From Rhizophagus irregularis (Eukaryota): DNA of 64,000 nt. The stretch spans positions 4,836,001 through 4,900,000 of the forward strand of contig NC_089429.1 of assembly GCF_026210795.1 (NCBI RefSeq), in the 5' to 3' direction. The number at the start of each line of letters is the position of its first letter. The first letter of the stretch is position 1. A program made the position numbers and the translations under genes. Below, piece by piece: positions 13,390-27,261 of the stretch. The notes beneath the pieces were generated by a model. It saw nothing but the letters and a program-made list of their open reading frames with translations. It was not told the origin of the DNA and ran no database searches.

Positions 13390-14391
13390 TAGTATTTCAA
13401 ATAAAGATCATATTATAAGACTCGGCCAATTAAATGCTTGAGTCATGCTCCGCGGATCAGCAGGTGTCATTTAAAAAGTTGCTGCATATGAAAGTTAATA
13501 ATCAATAATAAATAGATTTTATAAAAATAAGTATGATCATAATTTAAAATAAAATTAATATGTTTGCGAAATTTGGGGACATATTAGTATGTAGAATTTT
13601 CAATATAAAATGTCTCTTTATATTATGTGATAAAATCGAAAATGATTGGCAAAGTTCATGTGATAATATAGTAAGCTTGCTATGCTAAACAGTATACACT
13701 ACATGTTATTGTCACGGGGTATTTTTTATTTTTTATCTCTTTTATCTATTTTTATCTTTTATTTTTATCTTTTTATTTTTAGTTATATTATATATAGTTA
13801 TTTTTAGTTAATTAGTGATTAGACAATTGGCCGTTAGGCGATATAAATTTTATTTATTATTTTATTAATTGCGGTCCGGAATGACGTTAAACTATCAAAC
13901 CTGTTCGATTGAGATATAAGAGATCGTAAGTATTTATTAGATGAGGCTTAGGAATTATTTGAGGGCTTAGGAAATTTCAACAAGTAAATCATCTAATCGA
14001 AACGAGGCTTAGAGAATATTTTTACGGAATTATAGAATGAAGGAATGATCAACGCTGCAAATATTTATATAATGAGTAATTATCCGAGATTTTGAAAGAT
14101 AAGAAATAATTCCCCTTTTACCCTTATTATTATATTTCGATTCTTTTTGCCTTTTTCTTGCAGAAACATTAATCAATCAGTTAGTTCGACATCATATTTA
14201 TAATATTCAGGTAAGTTTCGATAGTTATGAATTTTAAACATTTTACTTAATCGTTATAAAAACTTTTAAAAAAAATATCTTTAATTAGCTATAACATCAC
14301 TCAGTATATTTAGAACATTGTTTTTTCGAATTATCTTTTCAAGTCCTCATTTTCAGTTCCAATAAAAAAATTTTATTCTATAATTTCACAA

Positions 14392-15795
14392 TTAATTCTT
14401 TTTTTTATGAGGTTGAATTCTAAATCGACCAGGACATTCTAATGATACTACTGGATAGAGCTTTGATGGTAAATTATTCCATGCTGATACTTCTGGATAT
14501 TTTGTTCCATTGACTGTAAAAGCGCAAGTTCTTTTATTCATATCTAAATGAACTGTGATTTTTGTGCCATCTCCGAATAAAGGGCAATAACCTAACCATG
14601 CATTTGAAGTAACACTTTTACCTTCGGAGGATAATACCCATCCAGTAGTTTGATACCCTGCCCAAGTTTCATAATTAAAATTTTCTGATGTACATACTCC
14701 AACAGCTGCACTCGTACAGGATTTCTCAATAATAACATCCCATTCAAAAACACCTTTATTTTCTAAAGCCACTTTGGCACTAACACTTTTATATGAAATA
14801 GAATCATTCGGTGCATATACAACTGTTCCATTATCCTCAATAATAAGATTTGATCCACATGCTGACTCATCATAAACATAATTGAAAGGTATTCCTCGGG
14901 TATCATTTAAATCTGAATTAAACGATAACATATTATATCTATAAACATTTAAAATAATTTCAATTGGGGTAATGCCAAGCGGCTCAATAATATTAACTAA
15001 TATTTGACCTTTGATTCGCCTAAAATCAATTAATTTAACTAAAGGCTCCAACTCTTTAGCAACTTTTTGGTGATCGGCAATAATTTTGTTTTTTGTTTGT
15101 ACTGGATTCTCTTGTATTTGTTCTAAAGTTGGTAACTGTTCCATAAGAGTATTATATGCTTCATTTGAAACTTTCTTTGCTGCAAGGATAGCGCCATATC
15201 GAAAAACTTCATATTCTGAGGTTGCAAAAGGAGTTTCTTTTTCATGTGTACAAGATAAAAGATATCTAAGTCCTGTAATAGACAATCGACCAAATTCAAT
15301 GGTGTTTAATGGTATAATTGCTACCGTTTCAACCAATAAATTTAGTAGAATATTATCTTCTGTAAATGGCATATTTCCCGCAAGTTTAGATAGTAATTCT
15401 GGTGAATAATTTTCATCGCAATTTTTTTCTAATGTATTTTTGAATGTATTCATAATAAAATCCTGAAGATCTGGTAATTGAAAATAGTCAGCAGCGTAAA
15501 ATGCTTCAATTATATTATCCTTTGTTAATGATTCTATTTTAATTGATCCCGTATAAGTATATTCTAATACAATTTTCATACCAGCAGAATTAATCTTTGG
15601 AAAAGAAATTTTGGTTTCATAACTTTCTTTCATTCCATTATAAAGTAATCTGTCAAATACTTCGGATCTTGCTGCTAAAATTGCTCTACAGCCATATAAT
15701 TTCTTTTCATCCTCACATAAAATTTCTAAATCACTATATTTTTGATTATTTATTAATAGGCTTAAATCTTTTTCTAATGAATTTCCTTTCGTCAT
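14392..15795 (-). CDS. BTB-SPRY protein, intact; true start probably MTKGNS at 15795
   Basis: ORF 14392..15888; homology to paralogs begins at the Met after the poly-A tract (15795). Confidence 0.9.
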   Translation of the reverse strand: MTKGNSLEKDLSLLINNQKYSDLEILCEDEKKLYGCRAILAARSEVFDRLLYNGMKESYETKISFPKINSAGMKIVLEYTYTGSIKIESLTKDNIIEAFYAADYFQLPDLQDFIMNTFKNTLEKNCDENYSPELLSKLAGNMPFTEDNILLNLLVETVAIIPLNTIEFGRLSITGLRYLLSCTHEKETPFATSEYEVFRYGAILAAKKVSNEAYNTLMEQLPTLEQIQENPVQTKNKIIADHQKVAKELEPLVKLIDFRRIKGQILVNIIEPLGITPIEIILNVYRYNMLSFNSDLNDTRGIPFNYVYDESACGSNLIIEDNGTVVYAPNDSISYKSVSAKVALENKGVFEWDVIIEKSCTSAAVGVCTSENFNYETWAGYQTTGWVLSSEGKSVTSNAWLGYCPLFGDGTKITVHLDMNKRTCAFTVNGTKYPEVSAWNNLPSKLYPVVSLECPGRFRIQPHKKKN

Positions 15796-16389
15796 TTTTT
15801 TTTTATTTTTTTTTAAAAAAAAAAATTTAAAAATATTTAAATGATTATATTTTAGGAATTTATTAGTATTTGCTCGCATTTGTGTCATGTTGCACCATTC
15901 CTATGGGAAAAATATATCCCGGCATTAGCCACGCCTTAATGAAGGAGAAGATCGACCTACACCGGTCAAAAATTTAAGTACATTATTATTATCTAGCGAG
16001 ACCTACCTGATGTACACATTCTTGGAGGATTAGATATGTCAATTATGCTGGTAAACAATTGCGTTAGTTGGAGTTTGATCATGTGATTGTCCGATAAATT
16101 AATATCGATATAATTAATAAAATCTGCTGGGATTAACAGTTAATTCCTGAAAATAAAAAATAATTTTTTATTCCATAACGCTCTAATTTACTTATCGCCG
16201 TTTTCAGAATTCTGCTACTCATACAAATTACTTTATTAAAATAAAATTGGACAAAAACTGGACGTCCTGTAATTATAATCACTTAGCAATCGCAACGTAC
16301 ACAGAAATCTAAAAACTGTAATAAATATAAATTTAAAAATGAATATGATAAAACTATGTTAATTTTTGATACACTTAAATTACTCCGAT

Positions 16390-16547
16390 TCAAGAGTTTT
16401 CTCAAACATTTCAGATCTCGCAGCCAAATTGCTCTACAACCATACTGTATAATTCTTTTCATCCTCACAAAATTTCTACATCACTATACTTTGGATTATA
16501 TTAATAATCTTAAGTCATCTTCTCCTATCTAATGAATATCCTCTCAT
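16390..16547 (-). pseudogene. BTB N-terminal fragment
   Basis: Minus strand ATGAGAGGATATTCATTAG...CCAAAGTATAGTGATGTAGAAATTTTGTGAGGATGAAAAG matches the family 5' end; frameshifted and truncated. Confidence 0.75.
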
Positions 16548-17011
16548 TATTTTTAAAGTTTTTTTTTCTTTAGAAAAAAAAATATATACATTGTAATTCA
16601 TTTCAGTGCTTTCATTTAAGGATATTCTTATGGTTAAAGGTTTGGTCACAAATAAAATTATCAACAAAGTAACTGCGGCTAACGTAGTTTTTATTTACGT
16701 TACTTTCTTCGATTTATGAGATCTAAAAATAGAAAGATCAATCTCCTATCAAAATGTTTACATCATATTTACATTATGAAACATTTAGCTAATCACAAGA
16801 TTTTAGACTTATAACATTTTTAAATAACCTTGAATAAGAATTTCATTTTCTGTTCACGTGATTCGATTGATTAAGAAAAAAAGAAAATAATATCATTTCG
16901 TAAGTAAACACATTTTTTGAACGAATTAAATCTCGATCTACTAAAAGGTTCTTTTAAATTCCCAAACTCTTGTTGTTAGCTAAAGAATAATGTCGCAAAA
17001 ATTTTTATCTT

Positions 17012-17838
17012 TTAACGAGATTGAATTCGAATTCGACCAGGATAACATAATGATACCACCGGACAAAGCTTTGATGGTAAATTATTCCATGCTGATACTT
17101 CTGGATATTTTGGTAAAAGCGCAAGTTCTTTTATTCATATCTAAGTGAACAGTAACTTTTGTGCTATCTCCGAATAATGGATAATAATTTCTTATATAAT
17201 TACCAGAATTACAATAATAACCACCGGAACCTAATACCCAGTAGATTGAGTTCCTGCAAAAGTTTCATAATTAAATCTTCTGATGAACATACTCCAACCA
17301 AAGCATCATATGTACAATTTTTCCCAGTAATAACATCCCCATTCAAAATGCTTTTACCTTCTAATATCATTTTCGCTCTAACATTATGCCATAAATAATA
17401 ATTAAGGTTATTTGGAGCATAGTACACAATTTATCCATTATCTTCAATAATAAGTTTTAATCCATGTGCCAACTCATCCCAAACGTAATTAGAACAATTT
17501 GATATTTGCTCGAATATAATTTATGTTGAAATTACGTGACCTTACTTTTTGCCGATAAACATCTAAAATTATGGGCCAATGATGTCAATGATGTCAGTCA
17601 AAACTTGTCCCTCAATTCTTCTAAAATCAATAAATTTAACAAAGGCTCCGATTCTTTAGCAACTTTATGGTGATAGGTAATAAATTTATTTTCATTTTAT
17701 ACTTGTGTTGGATTTTCTATTGGTTTTATTTTTTCTAAGGTTGGTAGCCGTTTCATAAGGGCATTATATGCATCATTAGAAACTTGTTTTGCTGCAAGGA
17801 TAGCACAATATCGCAAAACGTCATATTCTGGAGTACAA
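17012..17838 (-). pseudogene. BTB-SPRY 3' fragment (helical + SPRY part)
   Basis: Homology from the TPEYDVLRY-coding segment to the PGRIRIQ end; frameshifts; BTB half missing. Confidence 0.8.
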
Positions 17839-18184
17839 TAAATATTTTTTTATTACTTGTAATATCAGCACTTGAATATTTTACATTTCGTAACGTAAAA
17901 TAATAATCAAATGAATGATTTATAAATTATTTTTTATTGTAAAATACTAAAGCGTTGTTACAGAATTACTTTTACGCATAATATTTTATAATAATTTATA
18001 ATATCTTTATATCTTTATTTAATAATAATTGAAAAGTCCTATAAAAAAAATAGAGGATTGAATTATTTAAATTATAAACTAAGAATCTTTTTTCCACTAC
18101 TTTAATCTTAGTGTTTAAATAATTTCAAAATAAGATAATAAATATTAAAAATGAATTTACTTTCAAATTAATTGAAAATTTAAT

Positions 18185-18900
18185 TTAAAATCCGTCTAAA
18201 GAAATAATTACATTAGTAAATAAATATATTTTATTTTTTAAAATTTTATTAAAAAAATATTTAAATTATAAACAAACCATCGGGAGTTTTATCTTTTTCT
18301 TCTGAATGAAGATTTGGATTATCTTGTACTTCATCTATTATATAAATAAGATAAATTAGAATAATAATACTCGATAATTATTATAAATAATAATTTATTT
18401 TACTTACCATTAATACTAATATTTGATCGTTGTTGCATTGTTTCTCTCTCATAGTCATTTTGTTCTTCTACTATTATAAAATAAATCAAAATTTAATAAA
18501 ATATTCATTCTTATCTTCAACGAAAATTAGAATTAAATATTTAAGGCTTTTACCATTCTCCATTTTCAATTTTTTAAATAATCTGGGTGATTCTTTACTA
18601 TCATTATCTATAATTAAGATATAAATTAGTATTTATTCATTATAAAACTTTAATATAAAAATAATTACCTTTAAAATTAATTTTACTTGATTTACTAGGA
18701 TTACTAGCTATAATGAAAATAAATCAATATGATATTTTATTTATATAAAAATTCAATGTTATTTTAATAAACACTGACTATTATCAGAAAGACTAAAATC
18801 ATATGACCTACTAATATAAAATGCTATTTATGATGAAAAAGTACCTCCTTAATTAATTCAAGGATTGATATATGAGGGGAAATTATCGAAGTTTGATTTT
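18185..18900 (-). pseudogene. Orphan 3' micro-exon tail, probably of a TKL kinase-family gene
   Basis: Consecutive phase-1 GT-AG exons splice in frame to ...SYDFSLSDN-TSNPSKS-NNDSKESPRLFKKLKMEN-VEEQNDYERETMQQRSNISIN-DEVQDNPNLHSEEKDKTPD-DGF*. I recall the NPNLHSE...PDDGF ending from Rhizophagus kinase C-termini (unverified); no kinase domain is attached. Confidence 0.65.
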
Positions 18901-18961
18901 TAAATTTAGTTTGGAATAGAATATTATAATTAGAATATTATTGTATAGCATAGCAATATTT

Positions 18962-19546
18962 TGTTAACGACTCAACGTGGTGATGACCCACACCACAGGG
19001 TTGAGCGTTACACCGTGTGGCAGTTCTGTTCGAAAGACAGATTTGCACCAGATTTTAAACAATATAAAAAGGACCGTTGTTGGAGGTGCAGCTGGAGTAG
19101 TGAGTTAGTTCTAAGTTTGAGTTAGTTCTGTTTAAGTTTTGTATAGGTTTTATTTTCAACAGATAGATATATGGATATTACAGAGGCAGTAATATCGTAT
19201 TTTATTCCATTGTTAATAAACCTGATACGTTTTGTCACATTTTAACACACTGTTTATTATTGTTTATTATCGTTTATTATCATTGTTTTTTTAATTATCA
19301 TTTGTCAATTTTTTGTTAAACATTGTTGATTACCCGTAACTAATCATTTTTATACACACACCACCCGATCTACCCTCAATCTATTATATCATTTATTATC
19401 ACTTATTATCGTTCATAATCGTTTATTATCAAACATTTTTACCTTATCGTTTGTCATACATCGTTATATTACCCTGCCATTTATTAATCGAACTTTCTGT
19501 TACTACCTACCGAACGTCAGAAACCGGTGGTAACATTATCGTAACA
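18962..19546 (+). mobile_element. Putative solo LTR (~585 bp)
   Basis: Termini TGTTAACGA ... TCGTAACA (TG..CA short inverted repeat), internal TATAAAAAGG, (TTATC/TTATT)-rich downstream part; no clear TSD. Confidence 0.45.
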
Positions 19547-20115
19547 CACCTGGAAATTTGTATTACGTGTATGCGCAGTTATGTGAAACTATAAATCAAC
19601 ACTACTCATTTGTCTGATCAAATATAACACAGGTTAGTTTTGAAGTTGTAAACCGATCAACTCACTTTTTACGTTGACTAATAGGACTCTGAACTGAAAT
19701 AACACAGTTATCAGTTTTTAAGAAACGTATTTGTAGTAGATATAGTAGAAGTATCTCTATCCTACGTGGAATTGATGCGAAATGGGATCATTCCAACATA
19801 AGTTGACATTTATGATTCTCGTATGAAATTATTATGAGTTAAGTCTCAGTAGATGAGTTTATAACCATACGTTCATTGGAAACTATTGAATAACAACATG
19901 TTCACAGACAGTTAACATTCGTCACCATATCCATAAACGTTTACGCCAAATAAATGCTCATTGAATGTTACAAGATAACCATCATCACTTCATAATATGT
20001 ATTACGTAATAAAAAAAATAAAGCTTTTATTATATACTCTCTTTGAGTGAAAACAGTTATATACGAAAAAATCTAAAAAGTATGTGAATAATCTACAGTT
20101 CTCGACAAAGCAAAT

Positions 20116-21363
20116 TTAAATCAATTTCACATAACCGACATAATCAATTTGACAGGAATGTTCAAACTCTGTTTTTTCACTTTCTTCGCTTCCTTTAGAA
20201 TAAGGAACAGTAGACACATTATTGTTTTCAGAATCAATACTACTAAGTGTTTCGTTTACTTCGGAAATATTTGATCGTTCATCCGGTTCTTGTTTCCAAC
20301 ATTCTAATCAAATAGATTAAAAATTAGATTGCAACAAGAAAAATAAAATTAACTGGATCCAAAGGAATCATTGCTCCGTAAATATAGTATATCGAACTTA
20401 CTTTGATAAAGTCCAATAAATTTAACATTCGTGTTCGGAACAGGTTCTTCTCTCACACCACTAAGTATCTTCAGCGTAACATCATAATCTCCAAGACCAT
20501 CAAAAGGTGACGTGCGGCTAGTTAACTCCCAGAATAAAAATCCCAAACAATATATATCAGATTTCTCGTTTAGCTTATATGGAACTGTTTGATCGAGCAT
20601 TTTAGGATCCACATAAGGCATTACTCCCCATACTTCAGTATTATCACAACCCTTCCCCGTTTCAAATGAACGTCCAAAATCTGCTAATTTTATTGTATCT
20701 TTATGTACTAAAATATTATTGGGATGCTAAAAAAGAAGGCGTTAGTTACACATTATAATGGCTAGTTCATTAGGTAAGTGATTTTTAAATACCATGAATA
20801 TACTTACAAGATCTCCATGCACTATTCCCTTGTCAACGTGCAACCACAAAATCGCACTTGCAATCTCCCTTGCAAACCTCAATTGATTATTCCATTCGAT
20901 AGTATTGTTCCTTAAACAATCTCTTAATGTTCCACCTTCTGCATATTCAAGGACAAGCGAATACTTTTCCTCATCTAAAGAAAATTAAACACGTCAACAA
21001 AAAACTTCATATATTTATCGCAAAATTGTTATGTTACCTTTTTTTTTAGTAACACCGTAGAATTGAATAATATTTGCATGGGGATTAACCGTTTTTGTTA
21101 AATAAACCTAGGGGCAAGTTATCAATAAATAAATTTGTACGTAATGTAAAAAAATATTATCTGTAGCACACCTCTTTATTGTCGACAAATTTTTTAATTG
21201 CATATTTTGTTGGCGTATTCTTCCATTTTGCGACAAAAACAGATGCAAATCCTCCAAAGCCAATATCCTTGGAATGGATAAGATCATGAGAATAATAGTG
21301 CTCAATAATATTGTTCTCTAGTAATCTATTTAGCTCATTGGCGTAATGATCTTCAAGATGCGA
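20116..21363 (-). CDS. Tyrosine-kinase-like protein kinase, non-RD; exons 21363-21172, 21107-21038, 20974-20808, 20726-20402, 20303-20116; start exon not located
   Basis: Spliced frame is open: IGFGGFASV, YAIKK, HANIIQFYG, LVLEYAEGGTL, HGDLHPNNIL, LADFG, PYVDP, KSDIY, KCWKQEPDER; all introns GT-AG with compatible phases. Confidence 0.85.
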
Positions 21364-22095
21364 CTATGCATAATGTCGGTATTTACATAACATGCATGAT
21401 GGCGTTTTCAAAAATGATAAGTCTCTCGTGTAGCGTTAAAAAAAAAACCATTTTGATATAAATATCGGCCTGTTTTCTTTGTGGCGCAGTAAGTCTATTA
21501 AATTTTTGTCGGATTATGAAGTTAATTTTTTAAATGAAAAGATAGCACCCAAATAACAAGTTTTTTGTATTGGCAGAATAAAAGGAATGAAAGGATTATA
21601 TATTTTTTAACGCCGTTTGTATAAAATCCGAGGTTGCAATAGTTTATTGTGCCGTCAGGTGATGAAAAATGTAAAAAGGTATTATATTTCTCGTTTTTGA
21701 GCGAATTTACAAAAATTGACTTGAAGTTTTTAACTTATAAGAGAAAATATAAAGAGAAAAGGAGTAAGAGTTCGAAAACAAAGACATGCTTCAACTTATT
21801 TGTATACAGCGGTACTAAAAATAATTGGTCCCTAGATGGACACGTATTTTGTGCTCCTTAACGGAACGTAAATGGAAATGTACAACTGTAATACACCCAT
21901 TACCTTTTTTATAACATGTTCGGGTAAACTTTTTTCACACATATGATGAAATAAGCCAACTGTGGCCTTTGGGTCACGGTCTCTTAGTCGGACCAGAATA
22001 TATCTATTTTTTCTATTTTGTTGCTCTCCATAGAGAAGAATTAATAAGTGTTCGTGGATACGATACGACACAAGATATGTTAAGCACAATGTTAA

Positions 22096-22335
22096 GGCCG
22101 GGCAAAAAAAATTTTAGATTCTCGTGACATAAAATTTTAAAAATGACCCGGCCGGCCGGCCGGCATTTTTTTTTTATATATGTAAAATTTTTTCATTTGT
22201 GAAATTTTTTTACGCACATTGGCCAAAAACTTAAAATCACGTGATAAAATTTTTTACTATAAAAAAAAAATTTCTATTTTTCGAAAAACTGACCCGGCCA
22301 GGTCACGAGAATCTAAATTTTTATTTTTCCCGGCC
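22096..22335. mobile_element. PIF/Harbinger (Tourist-like) MITE
   Basis: TAA|GGCCGGGCAAAAAAAATTTTAGATTCTCGTGAC ... GTCACGAGAATCTAAATTTTTATTTTTCCCGGCC|TAA; 3-bp TAA TSD. Confidence 0.88.
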
Positions 22336-22384
22336 TAATCATTAAAAATAATACAAGAAACCAATTACATAAAATTTTGTACGA

Positions 22385-23182
22385 CTAATTATTGTTATGT
22401 TTTCGCATTCTATGTGAGTTTAAGTTATCCATCCGTTTGCATTCAAATGTGCATTGGTTACAACGATACCGTATATTTGTATGTTGTTCGGTGATATGCT
22501 TAGACAATGATTTGTCTGAGCCTAAGTTTTTATTGTAAATTAGACGGATATATTTCCCTACTGTCGACTCATTTTTATTAATATATTCCTCAAGCTCTTG
22601 CTGAAATTGATTAAAAGTAATAGTTGTATCGATGATATCTAGTGAATCACGAGTAAAAAATAAACGTGTGAGTACATTGTTACTCTTCCAACAAGCATAA
22701 TATGACTTGTTTAATTTTATCCAAGGATGAACTTACTCATAAGATTATCTGACGAACGCACATCTTTAGTATTTTCCTCCTCTTTCGTCGTCTGATTCTC
22801 TTGTTATTTGCTATGATAAAAATAAGTATTCGACATGTAACCGAATATCGTCATTGATGACAGATTTTATTTACTAGATTCACAAATATGTATACCACGC
22901 ACCTAGTATTCTTTAATGTTGTGTTCTTCTAACGGATGTGTCATTTTTTCGTTAATTCGATCAATTACCACATTTAATTCGTAATTCGAATAGAAAACTT
23001 GGAATCTCTCTATCCAAAACTCATGAGATAAAGCGTTTAAACTTGGGATCAAGCGTATCGTAGAAACAGCCGTTTAAGCCGTGGAATCTGATTTCCCATT
23101 ATGAACGTATTAATGTTTTTTTACCGGTTTTGGTCGTTCCTTCAGGTTGTTTAGAATCTATGTTTTTTACTTTTTTCTCCAT
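22385..23182 (-). pseudogene. C2H2 zinc-finger gene, probably pseudogene (last exon 22638-22385)
   Basis: Last exon encodes ...KYIRLIYNKNLGSDKSLSKHITEQHTNIRYRCNQCTFECKRMDNLNSHRMRKHNNN*; upstream putative exons contain stops or frameshifts. Confidence 0.65.
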
Positions 23183-24305
23183 TACACGAACTAATTACGA
23201 ATTAAGTTCACTTCACTATTTATATCCTGAGATTTAGACTACTAATCTCTTCGAAATCTGAATTTTCTTTTATTTGAGTGTTTTTTATCTCGGGTTTGTT
23301 CTATTTCGTTCACTTTTTATTCAATTTTTTATGCAAGTAATGTTCACGATAATCATCCAAGTGAATATCATTAAGATGTAACACATTCGTATTTTTAAGA
23401 GAAGTTTCATTTCTGAAACGGAGAAAAAAAACAATGATTTAAATGAAGAATATGAATACCGGGAACTGAATCAAAACCAATGACTGAGGAAACTAAAGCT
23501 GATTATCCTATATATATATACTGTATATATCGAGTTTTAACATTTTATTCGGTTAGTTTTAGTCAAGTTTTCTCCGAATTAGAAACTAATTTGAATAACC
23601 TTGTTTTTGTAGGTGTTTTCATGACTTCAACGTATATTTCTTTCTTTCTTGTAAGGAATTCAAATAACGTCGGAGACATACTAGTTTGAAACAAACCATA
23701 AGTCCATAAATTTAAAGGATACACTCGGAGTACTAGGATTTTTTTATTGAAATTAATAACGTTTAATAAAATGTAACTTAAGTGTCAACATTTTTAACCA
23801 ACGGAAACAAAATTATATTGAAGTTATAAAATTGATTTCTCTTTTTTTCTCTTGAAACATAAGTTATGAGAATCATTCGATTATACGATTTTTGAAAAAA
23901 CTTTTTTTTTTTAATATAAAATAACAATCGCTTTCTAAAATTTTTTTCTTATCCAAATAAAAAATTTTGAATATAAAACATATTTTTCTAAAAAAGCAGT
24001 TAAATTTGAAAAGAACCAATATACAGGGGCCATGCGAAAATAAAATGGATGAAAGTAGTTAATAATTACTACTTCAGTTTATAATATAAAAAATTAAGAG
24101 GTAAAAAAAGTTATGACGTATATAAATGTCAGGTTTATTTAAAAATGTCTCTTTATTCTTTATCTATTAATCCTAATAATAATACAGTATTTGTTCTATC
24201 TATATATTTTATATTATTTATTATATATATATATTATGTATATGTACTTATATATGTATATGAATATGATTCTAAGATTCTAAAATAATAATATTAATAG
24301 TTTTT

Positions 24306-25841
24306 TTAATCCTTAAAAATTAAGTTATCCGCAAAACTATAAAAGTTTATCATAACGTTTATAACCTTTAAAATTCTGTCTCTAACAATAACGCCAAAAG
24401 GCCCAAGTGGCGTGGAAGTCTTAAACGTGACGTTTCTAGATTTTAATACATCAGCAGATGTTCGTTTTAACATTTCTTTTTCATATTCTTCAATAAAAGA
24501 AATATTATTGTCCGTATATTTAAGTAATGCTTGAGAAAGTTTATCGGCATCCTGAATAGCATTATTTGCTCCTAATCCTAATATAGGACTCATAGCATGA
24601 ACAGCATCTCCTAATAATACAACTCGACTACTCGTCCATGATTTGATAGACATTGGATCAATATCTCGCATCATTCTTCGTTGTACAGGATTATAATTTT
24701 TAAATGGGAATTTTATTGGATCATTTGGAATTGTTTTAGGTGCCAAGTCCCATAATTCTAACAATAAATCAGTCAATTCACAATCTGGTCTTAATGTTCG
24801 AATTAATACTTTAACATGTTCGATGACTGACGCAGGATCATTATCATCAACTTTAGCCTTTTCAGATTCAGTATCAACATTATCTAATTCGGAGGGATAA
24901 GAATAAACTAATGTTGCTCTATAGTGAGGTTCATTTTTTTCGTCATCTTGTTCCTGTTTGATTGGTATTAAGCGTGTCATCATAAATGTTGAATCTCCTT
25001 TTGTTCCAAGAGTTTTGCGGGCCAAAACATTTCCATGGATTTTACTTGCCCTGTCCATAAGGTGTTTAGGTATAGAAATATCTACGCCAACATGAGTTAT
25101 TCCATAATTAACAATTTGTAATTCGGGCAATTTCTGTTTTCGTACTAATAAAAGAAAAAAAATGGTTGTTAATTAATTGAAAATTATGGATATTACATAA
25201 AAATATCTTTTAACTTACTTGGAGAATTAATTCCATCTGCACCAACTAAAATATTACAAAATTCTTGTGTACCATCTTCAAAAAATACCCAAACTCCTTC
25301 TTGAGTTTCTACATATTTAGTACATTTTTTATTCCATTGTACTGGTACATCATCTAATAAAACATCTCTAAGTCGATCACGATAAATGATCATTGATGAT
25401 AAACCACGAGATATTTTTGCAAGTTCGTAAAAATCTTTAAATGGTTTAGTTGGAGGAGCAAGTAGAACATTTCCTACTTGATCAGTGATAATTATTCCAT
25501 GAGTTTCTACATCAGGAACCGTATTTGGCGTTGCTTTTGGAAGGTTTGAAGCGATTGAGGATGGAATACAGTTTAAAAGAGATTGAGCTCCATAATTAGA
25601 CAAGCCTATATGATATCCTTGCCATCGATCTAACACGTGAAGGTACGAGTTAGTTAACGTTGTTAACGTAATATTTAATTAGAAATTAGAAATTTATTAT
25701 ACCTGTAGGACTAGATTCACGTTCAAAGATTTTTACGTTGAATTCTCTTTTGTCCTTGTTCTTTATCAAAGCATGATAGAGAGAGAGTCCTCCTAAACCC
25801 GCACCGACAATAATTATCGTTGGAATTTTATCTTGTTGCAT
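24306..25841 (-). CDS. FAD-dependent monooxygenase (class A flavoprotein hydroxylase), 462 aa; exons 25841-25703, 25629-25219, 25144-24306
   Basis: IIIVGAGLGG (Rossmann), LVGADGINS (DG motif), VVLLGDAVHAMSPILGLGANNAIQDA (GD motif); two GT-AG introns join into one frame. Confidence 0.92.
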
Positions 25842-27261
25842 TCTTAATGAAATTATTATTTGTATAAAATTCAAAAAAGTAGATAAAGAAAAATTATTAT
25901 GATGTATAAAAAATTGTTTGAATGATTTCTAATATATTTAATATATTTTAATGTATTTTAGATTTGTTCTGAAAGAATCGAGAAACATTTTCTAGCAGGA
26001 TTTATTTATAAGAAAAAAATATCATTGCCAAGAAACAAACGAAACGTAAACTTTATTACTGCGCGAGACGTTTTAGTATATTGGAATGGTCGATCAAGCA
26101 TAATTTAACCATTGCCGATATTTACCCGATATTTCTGTTATTCCTGTTTCACGAACAGAATTCCGGATTTCTTATAAACGTCACATGCCAAGTCGGATGT
26201 AACGTTCATTCTTTCAATTATTTTTTCTAGAAATATTGATGTGCAACACATTCGTCAAAAATTGACCGAAATTTTACCGAAAATTTTATTATTTCGTCGG
26301 AAAATTATTTACCGAAAAATTTTACCAAGAATTATTTATTTTTTACAAGAAATGTAACGTAACTCAACGGGATAATACGAGATAATCATTGTGACGAACC
26401 GAAAATTTGAACTTTAATAAATTAAATAATAAGATTCATGAAGGTTATTGTTTACAATGGTAATTTTTTTTTTATAATAAATAATTATTATAATTTTCAT
26501 TATAGTTTATCTATATATAATTTTATTTATACTGTTATTTACGATTTCATGACCTATATTCTATAAATTTCTTAAACTTTATATTTGAATTTAAAATGTT
26601 AATGAATTAAAAAAGATTTTTTAATTGAGTGACATCTAAATTTATCTTCTTAATATTATTAAAATTTTGTCTTTTAATTCACATTTTGCTATTTTCCCTT
26701 TTCGTCAATTAAAAGTTGAATCCTAAAATCGTTAATTAAATTCTGCCGCCAATTAAAAACATGCGTGACTGCACGTGTGTCATGAATTTCGGAAATTTCT
26801 CTAGGTATCGGAAATTTGACCGGAATCTGGAAAGTTCGGAAGTTTCGGAATAGCTGAAACCAAAACGTATAATGGGTGAAACGCTTAGCTAATCGCAAAA
26901 CAGTTTTGCTTGAAACCTAAATATATTTCATTCCTTTTCATGCATATCTTTTCTAGAAAGTGCGTAAGTATTGTATTTTTATACACGTGTATACTGTATA
27001 ACATTATTATTATTTTAGTCGGACTGTTGTACCGTTAGAGTTCTTATTGTACTCTTTATCAGGTATGTAGCCGATACTATGTATAGGTATATGATCGGCG
27101 AAAATTCGTCAACTGTCGATTTTACAAATTATTATTTTGTCAGGCGCTCAGACCTGCGAAATTACATGTTATTATTATTATACTGCGCCGCAGTTTAATA
27201 ATTTTTTTTTTTATTTGAAAAAAATGTTTTTACTAAAATAATATATATATAATAAATTAAT

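Noticed and set aside
15796..15888. 31-aa N-terminal extension of the 14392 ORF
   Set aside because: Runs through poly-T/poly-A upstream sequence absent from paralog proteins.
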